DNA of 32,000 nt from Prochlorococcus marinus subsp. pastoris str. CCMP1986 (lineage in GTDB: Bacteria > Cyanobacteriota > Cyanobacteriia > PCC-6307 > Cyanobiaceae): assembly GCF_000011465.1 (NCBI RefSeq), contig NC_005072.1, positions 1,410,001 to 1,442,000 on the forward strand, written 5' to 3'. The position numbers and the translations under genes are program-made. The notes beneath the pieces are model-generated. The model did not search any database, had not been told where the DNA came from, and was given only the letters and a program-made list of their open reading frames with translations. The first letter of the stretch is position 1, and every line of letters starts with the position of its first letter. Shown in pieces: positions 1 to 20,337 of the stretch.

Positions 1-589
1 GAGCCAACTCAATTAACTTGGAATTCGTTTGATTGATAAAATACCAGTGCAAATTAATATAATCAAATAAATTTGTAGTTATCGCTTTTTCTATAAGAGA
101 TAATTCTCCATGAGTCGAAAATCCTATATATCCAATTAAATTTTCTTGTTGGAATTTTTTTAAAATATCAATACAGCCTCCATCTTTTACAGCTTGATGA
201 AGATGTTCAGGTGTATTTATGCCGTGAATTGCTAATAAATCAATTTTCTTTACTTGCAATTTTTCAAAGCTTTTCAAAAGTTCTGCTTCGAATAATTTCG
301 GATCACGATTAGGAGGGATTTTTGTTTGAATGATTTTTGGTTTTTTTTCAATACTCTTGAAACCCATACCTAACTGTATTTCTGAAGTCCCATAATACTT
401 AGCTGTCTCTATGTGATTAAAACCAAATTTATTGGCAAGATTCAATATATTTTCAACTTTATTCTGTTCTTTTCGTGAAATCTCTGAAAATTTCAATTCA
501 TCCCAACTTTTTTGAAATCTCATGCCTCCTAAGGATAAAACAGGCATTTTTAGATTGGTTCTACCAAATCTGCGACAAGGCAACTCCAT
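1..589 (-). CDS. Aldo/keto reductase family oxidoreductase (partial; C-terminus lies beyond the window edge)
   Basis: Not in the supplied track because it has no in-window stop. My translation of the minus strand from the ATG (rc of 587-589) gives MELPCRRFGRTNLKMPVLSLGGMRFQKSWDELKF...FGFNHIETAKYYGTSEIQLG...LLAIHGINTPEHL...GYIGFSTHG..., open to position 1. The N-terminal RxxGxxxLxxPxLSLGxM segment and the ETAxxYGxSE segment are typical AKR signatures. In-frame TAA lies directly upstream at 596-598. Confidence 0.75.
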   Translation of the reverse strand, partial: MELPCRRFGRTNLKMPVLSLGGMRFQKSWDELKFSEISRKEQNKVENILNLANKFGFNHIETAKYYGTSEIQLGMGFKSIEKKPKIIQTKIPPNRDPKLFEAELLKSFEKLQVKKIDLLAIHGINTPEHLHQAVKDGGCIDILKKFQQENLIGYIGFSTHGELSLIEKAITTNLFDYINLHWYFINQTNSKLIELA

Positions 590-595
590 TAGAAA

Positions 596-961
596 TTAAT
601 GCTTATTCATTCTTGGTAGTTTTCCTAGTGATTGAAACATATCCCTATCAAGACTACTTTCTAGATCTTCTAAGTTTCCAAATTCAACCCAATGAATACA
701 ATCCACTGGACAAGTATCAATAGCTTCTTGCACCGTTTCAAGATTATCTCCATCTTGTCTTATTGCTCTACTCCGTCCATAATCATCATCAACTACAAAA
801 GTATTAGTAGCTACATGAGCACAATATCTACAACCTATACATCTACTTTCATCAACCCAAACTGCTTTTTCAGTTAATTCTCCTCCTAGGACAGGCTCAT
901 AACCTGTTAGTTCTTTAGTTTCAACATAATTATCAAATGCACTTAAGGAATTACTATCCAA
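596..961 (-). CDS. Bacterial-type single-cluster [4Fe-4S]/[3Fe-4S] ferredoxin domain protein (Fed7-like)
   Basis: 121-aa ORF with CIGCRYCAHV...CPVDCI (CxxCxxC...CP cluster-binding pattern). It starts 3 nt after the stop of the upstream gene and stops 6 nt before the AKR start. Confidence 0.8.
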   Translation of the reverse strand: MDSNSLSAFDNYVETKELTGYEPVLGGELTEKAVWVDESRCIGCRYCAHVATNTFVVDDDYGRSRAIRQDGDNLETVQEAIDTCPVDCIHWVEFGNLEDLESSLDRDMFQSLGKLPRMNKH

Positions 962-964
962 TTA

Positions 965-1357
965 TTAACTTTCCCACTTAGTGAGAACCAATTCGATAGA
1001 TCCATCATTTTTGTTTTTTTGTTCAACTATTTGGTATCCGTCCTCTTTTGTTTTAGAAATAATTGTATGGTAAGCATACATTTGAGTAACTTTTGAAATG
1101 AACCTTTCAACCGGTAAATCAAACTTCCAAAGGTCGAGATCAGTAACTAATTCATAAGAGTTAGAGTTATTATCCCATTTGAATCCAACTTTTGTTTCGC
1201 TAGGCAAATCCATGCTTATATCAACAGCTGTAAATTGTCCTCTGTAACCTTTGACAAACTTTTTTTCCTGATTTACTACGTAACCTAGTTGGTCTAAAGC
1301 TTTAATAAGTGGTTTTACTTCCTTAAGTTGAGTTTTGATAGTACTAAAATGTGACAT
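965..1357 (-). CDS. ycf35: DUF1257 / Ycf35-family protein
   Basis: 130-aa ORF beginning MSHFSTIKTQLK..., the characteristic N-terminus and size of the cyanobacterial/plastid Ycf35 (DUF1257) family. Recognised from memory, not searched. Confidence 0.7.
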   Translation of the reverse strand: MSHFSTIKTQLKEVKPLIKALDQLGYVVNQEKKFVKGYRGQFTAVDISMDLPSETKVGFKWDNNSNSYELVTDLDLWKFDLPVERFISKVTQMYAYHTIISKTKEDGYQIVEQKNKNDGSIELVLTKWES

Positions 1358-1568
1358 TAGATTCGTTGTTAATTTGATTTGATTTTTCGCTTTGGTTAGA
1401 GATAAATGCCTCTGAGGTTTTATTCTTGACTTTTACTTCCCCAAGAGCGTCTTCAACATTTTTTGTTGCACTATTACATGCATTGCCGTTGAATCCTTCA
1501 ACAGTTTCTTCAACTCTTCCATCTTGATGAATTTTGAATCTTAATGTTCTTTGAGGCATTAAAATCAA
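1344..1568 (-). CDS. DUF2997-like small protein
   Basis: 74-aa ORF (MPQRTLRFKIHQDGRVEETVEGFNGNACNSAT...). Its size, this N-terminal pattern and its position immediately upstream of DUF1257 match the usual DUF2997-DUF1257 pairing. It overlaps the next gene by 14 nt. The true start may be the Met at 1559. Confidence 0.55.
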   Translation of the reverse strand: MILMPQRTLRFKIHQDGRVEETVEGFNGNACNSATKNVEDALGEVKVKNKTSEAFISNQSEKSNQINNESNVTF

Positions 1569-1677
1569 GTACTAAGTACTAATACTTTATACACGATAAC
1601 GAAAAAAATTTGTTTCAGTTGGTACAAGTTAATTAAAATATATTTTTTTATATTGATTACTTAATAAATATAAAACT

Positions 1678-2454
1678 CTATTTATAAAACCCTTTCATCC
1701 CCATTGAATCTAAAGCAGTTTTAGCTTCTTCCATAACTGAAGGTTCTTTATCAAAAAGAGCAATTTTTGTACATTCATCAACAAAACTCTCTTGCGAAAT
1801 TTCATTTAATTTTTCAAACAATCTACATAAAGACCATATACAGTTACTTCTTACCACGGGCTCATTATCTATTTTTAAGCTAATTAATAATTGTTCAGCC
1901 GCTAATTGAGCGTTAAAGGATGAAGTACTTCCAATTTCCGCTAGAGAACTAGATGACCATAATCTTACTGAAGCCACATCATTTTTCAATGAGTTTATTA
2001 ATGGCTTCAAAACAATTTCATTATCATAATTAGCTAGACTCCAAGCAGTAGCTCTTCTTACATATGCATTGTCGTCTGTTTCTAATAGACTGACTAATTT
2101 TTCTACTGCGCTAGGAAATGGATTTCTACCTAAAGCATATACAGCACTCATTCGTTCTACTGGGCAAGGTTGATCAAGTAAAGGAAGTAAAAGAGGGAAA
2201 GATCTTTTATCTCGATATTCACAAAATATTCTTAAGCCTTGAATTCTTTGCTCTCTGTCACCCTTAAGTAATTTCAAGGCTTCATCGCATTCTAAATTTT
2301 TATCTAAAGTTCCTCTTGAGAAACCATCTTTATCAATCTGTTCTAAAGGATCAATTTCGAGCTCTACAGATAATTCTTTAGCTAAAACATCTGGATCTAT
2401 TGCTATTTCTGCCAAACTTTCATTTTGTATATCCTTTCTTTTAGTCATTATCAA
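1678..2454 (-). CDS. HEAT-repeat (PBS-lyase HEAT-like repeat) protein
   Basis: 258-aa ORF with repeated ...R..A..aLg... helical units (VERMSAVYALGRN, YVRRATAWSLANY, SVRLWSSSSLAEIG, VVRSNCIWSLCRL), typical of cyanobacterial HEAT-like repeat proteins. Confidence 0.75.
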   Translation of the reverse strand: MIMTKRKDIQNESLAEIAIDPDVLAKELSVELEIDPLEQIDKDGFSRGTLDKNLECDEALKLLKGDREQRIQGLRIFCEYRDKRSFPLLLPLLDQPCPVERMSAVYALGRNPFPSAVEKLVSLLETDDNAYVRRATAWSLANYDNEIVLKPLINSLKNDVASVRLWSSSSLAEIGSTSSFNAQLAAEQLLISLKIDNEPVVRSNCIWSLCRLFEKLNEISQESFVDECTKIALFDKEPSVMEEAKTALDSMGMKGFYK

Positions 2455-2467
2455 ATAATAATAAAGA

Positions 2468-2593
2468 TTAATTAATCGGAGCAGGTGACATCATATCTCC
2501 AGGTAGCCAAATCCTTGCACTAACAGCAAAAAAAGCAACGCCGAATAAACTAACAATTGCAAAAGGTAAAAGTTTAGTTCTAATAAATCCCAA
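2468..2593 (-). CDS. Candidate 41-aa single-pass membrane peptide (TTG start), hypothetical
   Basis: Hand translation of the minus strand: (TTG)GFIRTKLLPFAIVSLFGVAFFAVSARIWLPGDMMSPAPIN, stop TAA (rc of 2468-2470). It has a hydrophobic about 20-residue core flanked by basic residues. It fits the 209-nt rlmN-HEAT intergenic region (2455-2663), ending 13 nt before the HEAT gene start. No ATG is available in the frame (in-frame TAA five codons upstream of the TTG). Below the 60-aa cutoff of the track. Confidence 0.3.
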   Translation of the reverse strand: MGFIRTKLLPFAIVSLFGVAFFAVSARIWLPGDMMSPAPIN

Positions 2594-2663
2594 TAATAAA
2601 AAAAAGAATTAAATCAATAATAACGTGTTTAAGTTAAATTTAATAAAAAGTTTTTAAATATGA

Positions 2664-3731
<1,068 letters not shown>

Positions 3732-3740
3732 TTAGGAGCA

Positions 3741-3896
<156 letters not shown>

Positions 3897-3942
3897 TTAA
3901 AATTTAAAATAGCATTCTAGTATCTGAAAATGAGAATAGCCT

Positions 3943-8061
<4,119 letters not shown>

Positions 8062-8076
8062 TTAGTTTTTTAAGGA

Positions 8077-13313
<5,237 letters not shown>

Positions 13314-13551
13314 CCAAGAAAACCCGCCATTATGTAAGATTTGCTAATTACCATAAATTTGACTTAACTTTTAGAAAAATAATCAAAACTTTTAGAGTGA
13401 AATCGAGATTTTAGTCTTGAATTCAACAAATATCTAGATTATTATTAGCTGAAATGATCAAAGATAAAGGTTATAAAACCACACTTTAATAAGCTGTTTA
13501 CTAATAATTAAGAAAAAAATCCAGTAATTTTTAATATTAACAGATTATATG

Positions 13552-14346
13552 TTAATTTATCAAGTCAAATTTAAACAAATCTTCAGCATTCCTAGAAGAC
13601 TCATCTGCAATACTTTTCAAGTCTGAAGATCTTAAACTGGCTATAGATTTAGCTACACTTTCAACAAAAGCTGGCTCATTTCTTTTCCCTCGATATGGGA
13701 CAGGGGCTAAAAAGGGAGCATCTGTTTCAATTAAATATCTATCACTCGGAACAATTCTTGCGCATTCATGAATTTCGTATGCTTTTGGGAATGTAACTAT
13801 CCCACTAAAACTTATATAAAATCCTAGATCTAAAAATTGCTTCATCTCATCTGGAGTGCCACTCCAACAGTGCAAAACTCCTTTAGGACATATACCTTGT
13901 TTAGATAAATCGTGACATATTTTTATCATCTCATTTGCAGCTTCTCTACAATGGATAATGACGGGCAAGTCAAGTTCGCAGGCTAAATGCATTTGTGGAA
14001 CAAGCGCATCTATCTGTTTATTTGTATTATCACTTTTAAAAAAATCTAATCCTAATTCACCAATAGCAACAACTCTTGAATCACATTGGGCTGCATCTTT
14101 CATTATGGATTTAGAATTACATTCCCATTTGTTAGCTTCAAGAGGATGTAAACCAACTGAGTAATACAATTCATCAAATCTTCGAGATATATTTTTTAAT
14201 TTAGGAATTTCTGATAATTCACAACATGCATGGAGCAATTTTTTTACACCTATTGAACGCCATCTTGAAACAACTTCTTCAAGATCCTCTTCAAAATTTT
14301 CAAATATCAAATGACAATGAGAATCAATCAGTTCAATATTGTTCAT
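13552..14346 (-). CDS. TatD-family metal-dependent hydrolase/DNase
   Basis: 264-aa ORF with DSHCHL at the N-terminus, internal HCW/HCR histidines and ETDAPFLAP near the C-terminus, which are TatD family hallmarks. It starts 6 nt after the rpsT stop. Confidence 0.85.
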   Translation of the reverse strand: MNNIELIDSHCHLIFENFEEDLEEVVSRWRSIGVKKLLHACCELSEIPKLKNISRRFDELYYSVGLHPLEANKWECNSKSIMKDAAQCDSRVVAIGELGLDFFKSDNTNKQIDALVPQMHLACELDLPVIIHCREAANEMIKICHDLSKQGICPKGVLHCWSGTPDEMKQFLDLGFYISFSGIVTFPKAYEIHECARIVPSDRYLIETDAPFLAPVPYRGKRNEPAFVESVAKSIASLRSSDLKSIADESSRNAEDLFKFDLIN

Positions 14347-14352
14347 TTTTAC

Positions 14353-14646
14353 TTACTTACTTGTAAGAAAATCTTTAACTACTTTGTTGATTTTTGATTT
14401 TTTGTTAGCACCGTTATTCTTATGTAGAACATTCTTTTTGACTGCCTTATCAATAAGACTGAAGGCTTGATTTACACTAACAAGAACTAGATCTTTGTTA
14501 TCTGAATTAGGTTCTTGCTTATATTTCTCACAGTTAGCTAATGTTTTTTTTGTTAGCGTTCTAACTGTTGATTTATATGATTTATTAACTAAACGATTTC
14601 TCTCAGCAACTTGAATTCTTTTTTTCGCTGATTTGTTATTGGCCAC
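14353..14646 (-). CDS. rpsT: 30S ribosomal protein S20
   Basis: 97-aa basic ORF, (GTG)ANNKSAKKRIQVAERNRLVNKSYKSTVRT..., the canonical S20 N-terminus. GTG start (rc of 14644-14646). Confidence 0.9.
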   Translation of the reverse strand: MANNKSAKKRIQVAERNRLVNKSYKSTVRTLTKKTLANCEKYKQEPNSDNKDLVLVSVNQAFSLIDKAVKKNVLHKNNGANKKSKINKVVKDFLTSK

Positions 14647-14673
14647 AGAAATTAGAATAAAATATAGATTTAT

Positions 14674-14682
14674 ATTATATCA
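14674..14682 (-). promoter_or_regulatory. Candidate extended -10 promoter element (TGATATAAT) for rpsT
   Basis: The reverse complement of 14674-14682 reads TGATATAAT, a perfect TGnTATAAT extended -10, 28 nt upstream of the rpsT GTG start. AT-rich background makes chance matches common. Confidence 0.35.
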
Positions 14683-14708
14683 AATAGATAGACTACTAAT
14701 CAATAATA

Positions 14709-14714
14709 TATAAT
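14709..14714 (+). promoter_or_regulatory. Candidate -10 hexamer (TATAAT) for hisD
   Basis: Perfect TATAAT on the + strand 55 nt upstream of the hisD ATG, in the 122-nt divergent intergenic region. No convincing -35. Confidence 0.25.
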
Positions 14715-14768
14715 TTAGATCAGTGAGTTACGTTATTAATTAATTGAATTTAAATAAGTATTAAGAAT

Positions 14769-16055
14769 ATGAAGATTATAAATAGTAAACAAAAAGCTCT
14801 CCAAGAGTTGAGAAGAATTTCTCAAAGAACTACATCTGGAGACAATAAAAAAATAAATTCAATTGTTGAAAATATTCTTCAAGAGGTGAAATTTCATGGA
14901 GATATAGCTGTAGAAAAATATACAAAAAAATTTGATGGATTTTATCCTAAACCAATGCAAGTAAGTACTAGGGATTTAAAAACTGCATGGGAAGAGACAG
15001 ATCAGCATTTAAAGAAATCATTAGAAGTTGCCTATCAAAGAATAAAAAAATTCCATGAAAAAGAAATCCCTGAATCGTTTACTATAAAGGGAGAATTTGG
15101 TGACTCCGTCCAAAGAAGATGGATGCCTGTAAAAAATGCTGGTTTATATATTCCTGGTGGGAGAGCGGCATATCCAAGTACAGTTTTAATGAATGCGATA
15201 CCTGCAAAAGTAGCTGGAGTTAAAGAAATTTCAATGGTATCGCCTGGAAACGAAAAAGGAAAAATAAATACAACTGTTTTAGCTGCTGCTTACTTATCAG
15301 GGGTTGATAAAGTTTTTAGAATTGGTGGAGCACAGGCAATTGGCGCATTAGCATTTGGCACAAAGCAAATAAATAAAGTTGATGTAATTTCGGGACCTGG
15401 AAATATCTATGTAACCACTGCTAAAAAGTTAATTTACGGATTTACTGGAATTGATTCCTTAGCCGGTCCAAGTGAAATTTTAATCATCGCCGATAGAACA
15501 GCCAACAGCTCTCAAATAGCATCAGATTTATTAGCACAAGCCGAGCATGATCCATTAGCTTCCTCAATACTTTTGACCACATCAAATGATCAAGCTCAAG
15601 AAGTTTTTGATGAAGTCTTTAAGATAATAGAGAATCACCCCAGAAAAGAAATTTGCATTCAATCAATTAAGAATTGGGGATTAATTGCTATTTGCGAAAA
15701 TTTAGAATCATGTGTTGAACTAAGTAATGAGTTTGCCCCAGAACATTTAGAAATAATTACTATTGATCCAAAAACGACGCTCAAGTCTATTGAAAATGCA
15801 GGTGCGATATTTTTAGGAAAATGGACACCGGAGGCTGTAGGTGATTATTTAGCTGGACCAAACCATACTTTACCAACATGTGGGAATGCGAGGTTTAGTG
15901 GTTCCTTAGGAGTTGAAACTTTCATGAAGAATTCTTCAATAATTGAATTTAATGAAAAAAGTTTAAAAATTAACAGCGTGGATATTATAAATTTGGCAAA
16001 TAGTGAGGGTTTACATAGTCATGCAAATTCAGTAAAAATTAGATTTGAAGATTAA
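14769..16055 (+). CDS. hisD: Histidinol dehydrogenase
   Basis: 428-aa ORF with [35 protein letters not shown] and AQAEHD motifs typical of HisD. Confidence 0.95.
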   Translation: MKIINSKQKALQELRRISQRTTSGDNKKINSIVENILQEVKFHGDIAVEKYTKKFDGFYPKPMQVSTRDLKTAWEETDQHLKKSLEVAYQRIKKFHEKEIPESFTIKGEFGDSVQRRWMPVKNAGLYIPGGRAAYPSTVLMNAIPAKVAGVKEISMVSPGNEKGKINTTVLAAAYLSGVDKVFRIGGAQAIGALAFGTKQINKVDVISGPGNIYVTTAKKLIYGFTGIDSLAGPSEILIIADRTANSSQIASDLLAQAEHDPLASSILLTTSNDQAQEVFDEVFKIIENHPRKEICIQSIKNWGLIAICENLESCVELSNEFAPEHLEIITIDPKTTLKSIENAGAIFLGKWTPEAVGDYLAGPNHTLPTCGNARFSGSLGVETFMKNSSIIEFNEKSLKINSVDIINLANSEGLHSHANSVKIRFED

Positions 16056-16765
16056 CTTCTCCTAGAAGGTGAAAATAATACTGGAACGTCATCTTCAATT
16101 TTACCCACCAAAACCTTATCTGCTAAATCAACAAATAATCCATTTTCCAAGACTCCAGGAATATTATTAATACGCATTTCTAAATCTTTTGGATCTCTTA
16201 TGCCAGCATCAAATAAAACATCCAAAATCAAATTACCTTGATCCGTGACAACTGGGCCTGCTTTTTTTGTTGCCATCCTTAAATTAGAAACTCCACTCAT
16301 TTCTGAAATTATATCCTTCACCTGCTTCCACGCAGAAGGCATAACCTCCACAGGGAGAGGGAAAACTTGGTTTAAATTTTGCACTAACTTTGATTCATCA
16401 ATAACAATTAATAATTTATTTGCTTTAGATGCAACCAATTTTTCTCGGACATGGCAAGCTCCCCCACCCTTGATGAGTTGAAAGTCAGGATCTACTTCAT
16501 CCGCTCCATCAATGGCTAAATCAATGTAAGGAACTGAAGCTAAATCAATTAAAGGGATATTGAGTTCTAATGCAAGCACCTCTGATTGAAAGGAAGTCGG
16601 GACTCCTTTAATATTTTTTAATTTGCCTGATCTGATTTTTTCAGCAAGACTTTTTATCATAAGTGCTGCTGTTGATCCAGATCCTAAACCTAAGATCATT
16701 CCATCTTCTACTTCTTCAATAGCTGAGTCAGCAACTATTTGTTTCATCTGAGTCTGTAAATCCAA
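16052..16765 (-). CDS. rpiA: Ribose-5-phosphate isomerase A
   Basis: 237-aa ORF with [16 protein letters not shown] and [11 protein letters not shown] motifs of RpiA. Confidence 0.92.
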   Translation of the reverse strand: MDLQTQMKQIVADSAIEEVEDGMILGLGSGSTAALMIKSLAEKIRSGKLKNIKGVPTSFQSEVLALELNIPLIDLASVPYIDLAIDGADEVDPDFQLIKGGGACHVREKLVASKANKLLIVIDESKLVQNLNQVFPLPVEVMPSAWKQVKDIISEMSGVSNLRMATKKAGPVVTDQGNLILDVLFDAGIRDPKDLEMRINNIPGVLENGLFVDLADKVLVGKIEDDVPVLFSPSRRS

Positions 16766-16812
16766 AATGTTTTGAACAAGAGTTTATAGATTATTAAATT
16801 TCAACAGATGCT

Positions 16813-17964
<1,152 letters not shown>

Positions 17965-18100
17965 TCAGAATTTAATTGAATAAGATTCCTAGTGTTGTTT
18001 TTTTGTTAACATCCATAAAATACACATTACAAAAACTTATTTTCAAAAAACTTTTTGATATGTGAAAATAATCAATTATTAAACAAAAACTTAAAATAAA

Positions 18101-18568
18101 TTGGATAAGGAATGTAAAAGCAACTTAGAAAGTCTTCTTCAAGGAGTCGCTAAAGAATTTAACCTAAAGATTCATAGTTTAGATATACTGACAAATCAAA
18201 ATCCTATTATTGTAAAAATTATTATTTGCAAAACTAACAAAGATGATATTACTTTAGATGACTGTTCAAGATTCAATAACCCTGCTATTAGTGTGATTGA
18301 GAATTCAAATCTTTTAAATTGTTCATATGTTTTAGAAATTAGTAGTCAAGGTGTCAGTGATGAATTAACCTCAGAAAGAGACTTCAAAACTTTTAAAGGT
18401 TTTCCAGTTAATGTTGAGTTAAACCAAAAAAATTCTCAAATAAAATTTTTGAACGGTTTACTTTATGAAAAGTCTAAAGATTATTTAGCCATTAACATTA
18501 AAGGTAAGATTAAAAAAATTCCCTTTAATGAAGTATTAAAGGTTAGTCTTTGCACTTTTAAAGACTAA
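18101..18568 (+). CDS. rimP: Ribosome maturation factor RimP
   Basis: 155-aa ORF immediately upstream of nusA, with an LE.LL..VA.EF N-terminus and an SSQG segment typical of RimP (DUF150). It opens with TTG; an in-frame TAA at 18092-18094 leaves no upstream ATG. Confidence 0.75.
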   Translation: MDKECKSNLESLLQGVAKEFNLKIHSLDILTNQNPIIVKIIICKTNKDDITLDDCSRFNNPAISVIENSNLLNCSYVLEISSQGVSDELTSERDFKTFKGFPVNVELNQKNSQIKFLNGLLYEKSKDYLAINIKGKIKKIPFNEVLKVSLCTFKD

Positions 18569-18604
18569 TTAATTATCAACTCTTATTCATTTTACCCATC
18601 ATAG

Positions 18605-20008
18605 ATGGCATTAGTAATTCTCCCAGGTTTAAACAATCTTATTGAAGACATAAGTGAGGAAAAAAAATTACCTCCTCACGTTGTGGAATTAGCTTTACGT
18701 GAAGCTTTGCTTAAAGGTTACGAAAAATACCGAAAAACTTTCTACATTGGAGTGAAAGAAGATCCATTTGATGAAGAATATTTTAGTAATTTTGATGTAG
18801 GATTCGATCTAGACGAAGAGGGTTATCGAATTTTATCGAGTAAAATTATTGTTGAAAATGTTGAAAGCGAAGATCATCAAATATCTCTTCAAGAAGTTAA
18901 ACAAGTTGCTGATGATGCTCAAATAGGCGATACCGTCGTTTTAGATGTCACTCCCGAAAAAGAGGATTTTGGTAGAATGGCCGCCTCAACAACTAAGCAA
19001 GTATTGGCTCAAAAGTTGAGAGACCAACAAAGGAAAATGATTCAGGAAGAATTCGCAGATTTGGAAGATCCTGTTTTAACTGCAAGAGTTATTAGATTTG
19101 AGAGACAGTCAGTAATTATGGGGGTTAGCTCAGGAATCGGGAGACCAGAAGTAGAAGCAGAACTTCCTAAAAGGGATCAATTACCTAATGACAATTATAG
19201 AGCTAACGCTACATTCAAAGTTTTTCTTAAAGAAGTTAGCGAAGTAGCTAGAAAAGGTCCTCAACTTTTTGTAAGTAGAGCTAATGCTGGTCTAGTGGTT
19301 TATTTATTCGAAAATGAAGTCCCAGAAATTCAAGAAGGCACAGTCAAAATTGTTGCTGTTTCGAGAGAAGCAAATCCTCCTTCAAGAGCTGTTGGGCCAA
19401 GGACTAAAGTTGCCGTAGATAGTATTGAAAGAGAAGTTGATCCAGTCGGAGCTTGCATTGGAGCTAGAGGAGCAAGAATTCAACAAGTAGTTAATGAATT
19501 AAGGGGAGAAAAAATAGATGTTATAAAGTGGTCATCTGACCCTATTCAGTACATACTAAATTCTTTGAGTCCAGCTAAAGTTGATCTTGTCAGACTTGTT
19601 GATCCAGAAGGACAACATGCTCATGTTTTAGTTCCCCCTGATCAATTAAGTCTTGCCATAGGAAGAGAAGGTCAAAATGTTCGTCTTGCTGCTAGGTTAA
19701 CAGGCTGGAAAATAGACGTTAAAAACTCCTATGAATATGATCAGGAGACTGAAGACTCTGCAGTAGCAGAATTAATTGTTCAAAGGGAGGAAGAAGAGAA
19801 TCTTCAAAGAGAAGCTGAACAGAGATTGGAGGCTGAGCAAGCAGAAAGAGCTGCAGAAGATAAAAGACTAAGGGAACTTTACCCTTTACCTGAAGATGAT
19901 GAAGAATATGGAGATGAACTATACGAAGAAGAAACTCGTTCAGAAAACGACCAAACAGAAAACTTGAAACAAGAGGAACTATTGTCTAAAGAGGAGAACA
20001 CACGGTGA
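18605..20008 (+). CDS. nusA: Transcription termination/antitermination factor NusA
   Basis: 467-aa ORF with an S1 domain region and two KH domains (GACIGARGARIQQVVNEL; AIGREGQNVRLAARLTGWKIDV). The C-terminus is a highly acidic coiled/low-complexity tail. Confidence 0.95.
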   Translation: MALVILPGLNNLIEDISEEKKLPPHVVELALREALLKGYEKYRKTFYIGVKEDPFDEEYFSNFDVGFDLDEEGYRILSSKIIVENVESEDHQISLQEVKQVADDAQIGDTVVLDVTPEKEDFGRMAASTTKQVLAQKLRDQQRKMIQEEFADLEDPVLTARVIRFERQSVIMGVSSGIGRPEVEAELPKRDQLPNDNYRANATFKVFLKEVSEVARKGPQLFVSRANAGLVVYLFENEVPEIQEGTVKIVAVSREANPPSRAVGPRTKVAVDSIEREVDPVGACIGARGARIQQVVNELRGEKIDVIKWSSDPIQYILNSLSPAKVDLVRLVDPEGQHAHVLVPPDQLSLAIGREGQNVRLAARLTGWKIDVKNSYEYDQETEDSAVAELIVQREEEENLQREAEQRLEAEQAERAAEDKRLRELYPLPEDDEEYGDELYEEETRSENDQTENLKQEELLSKEENTR

Positions 20009-20265
20009 TACAGAAATCTCCTGTTATGCGTAAGTGCATTTCTTGCAGGACAACTTTTGATAGAAATAATCTTTTGAAGATTACTAATGATCATAAGTTA
20101 GGAATAATGCTTAACCAAGGTATTGGTCGTTCTGCTTACATTTGTAAGTCAAAAAAGTGTTACACAGATTCTAAACTTAAAAAAAAGCTTCAAAAAGCTT
20201 TAAAAGGCATTTTAAATCCTGAATTTATTGATATTTTTGAAAGGGAAATTGCAAACTATAAATAA
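20005..20265 (+). CDS. ylxR: YlxR-family (DUF448) RNA-binding protein
   Basis: 86-aa ORF with MRKCISCR... located between nusA and infB, the conserved position of ylxR. Its GTG start overlaps the nusA TGA (GTGA). Confidence 0.75.
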   Translation: MIQKSPVMRKCISCRTTFDRNNLLKITNDHKLGIMLNQGIGRSAYICKSKKCYTDSKLKKKLQKALKGILNPEFIDIFEREIANYK

Positions 20266-20337
20266 CTATCCCAAAAGGGCATATAATTAAAATTATATTC
20301 TTCCAAAATTTCTTAAAAAGAGTAACATTCAGATTAA

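Noticed and set aside
475-877. Plus-strand ORFs 475..723 and 692..877 from the track
   Set aside because: They lie antisense to, or overlap, the well-supported AKR and ferredoxin genes. Their translations are low-complexity (I/S/T/F-rich) with no recognisable motif, as expected for AT-rich antisense frames.
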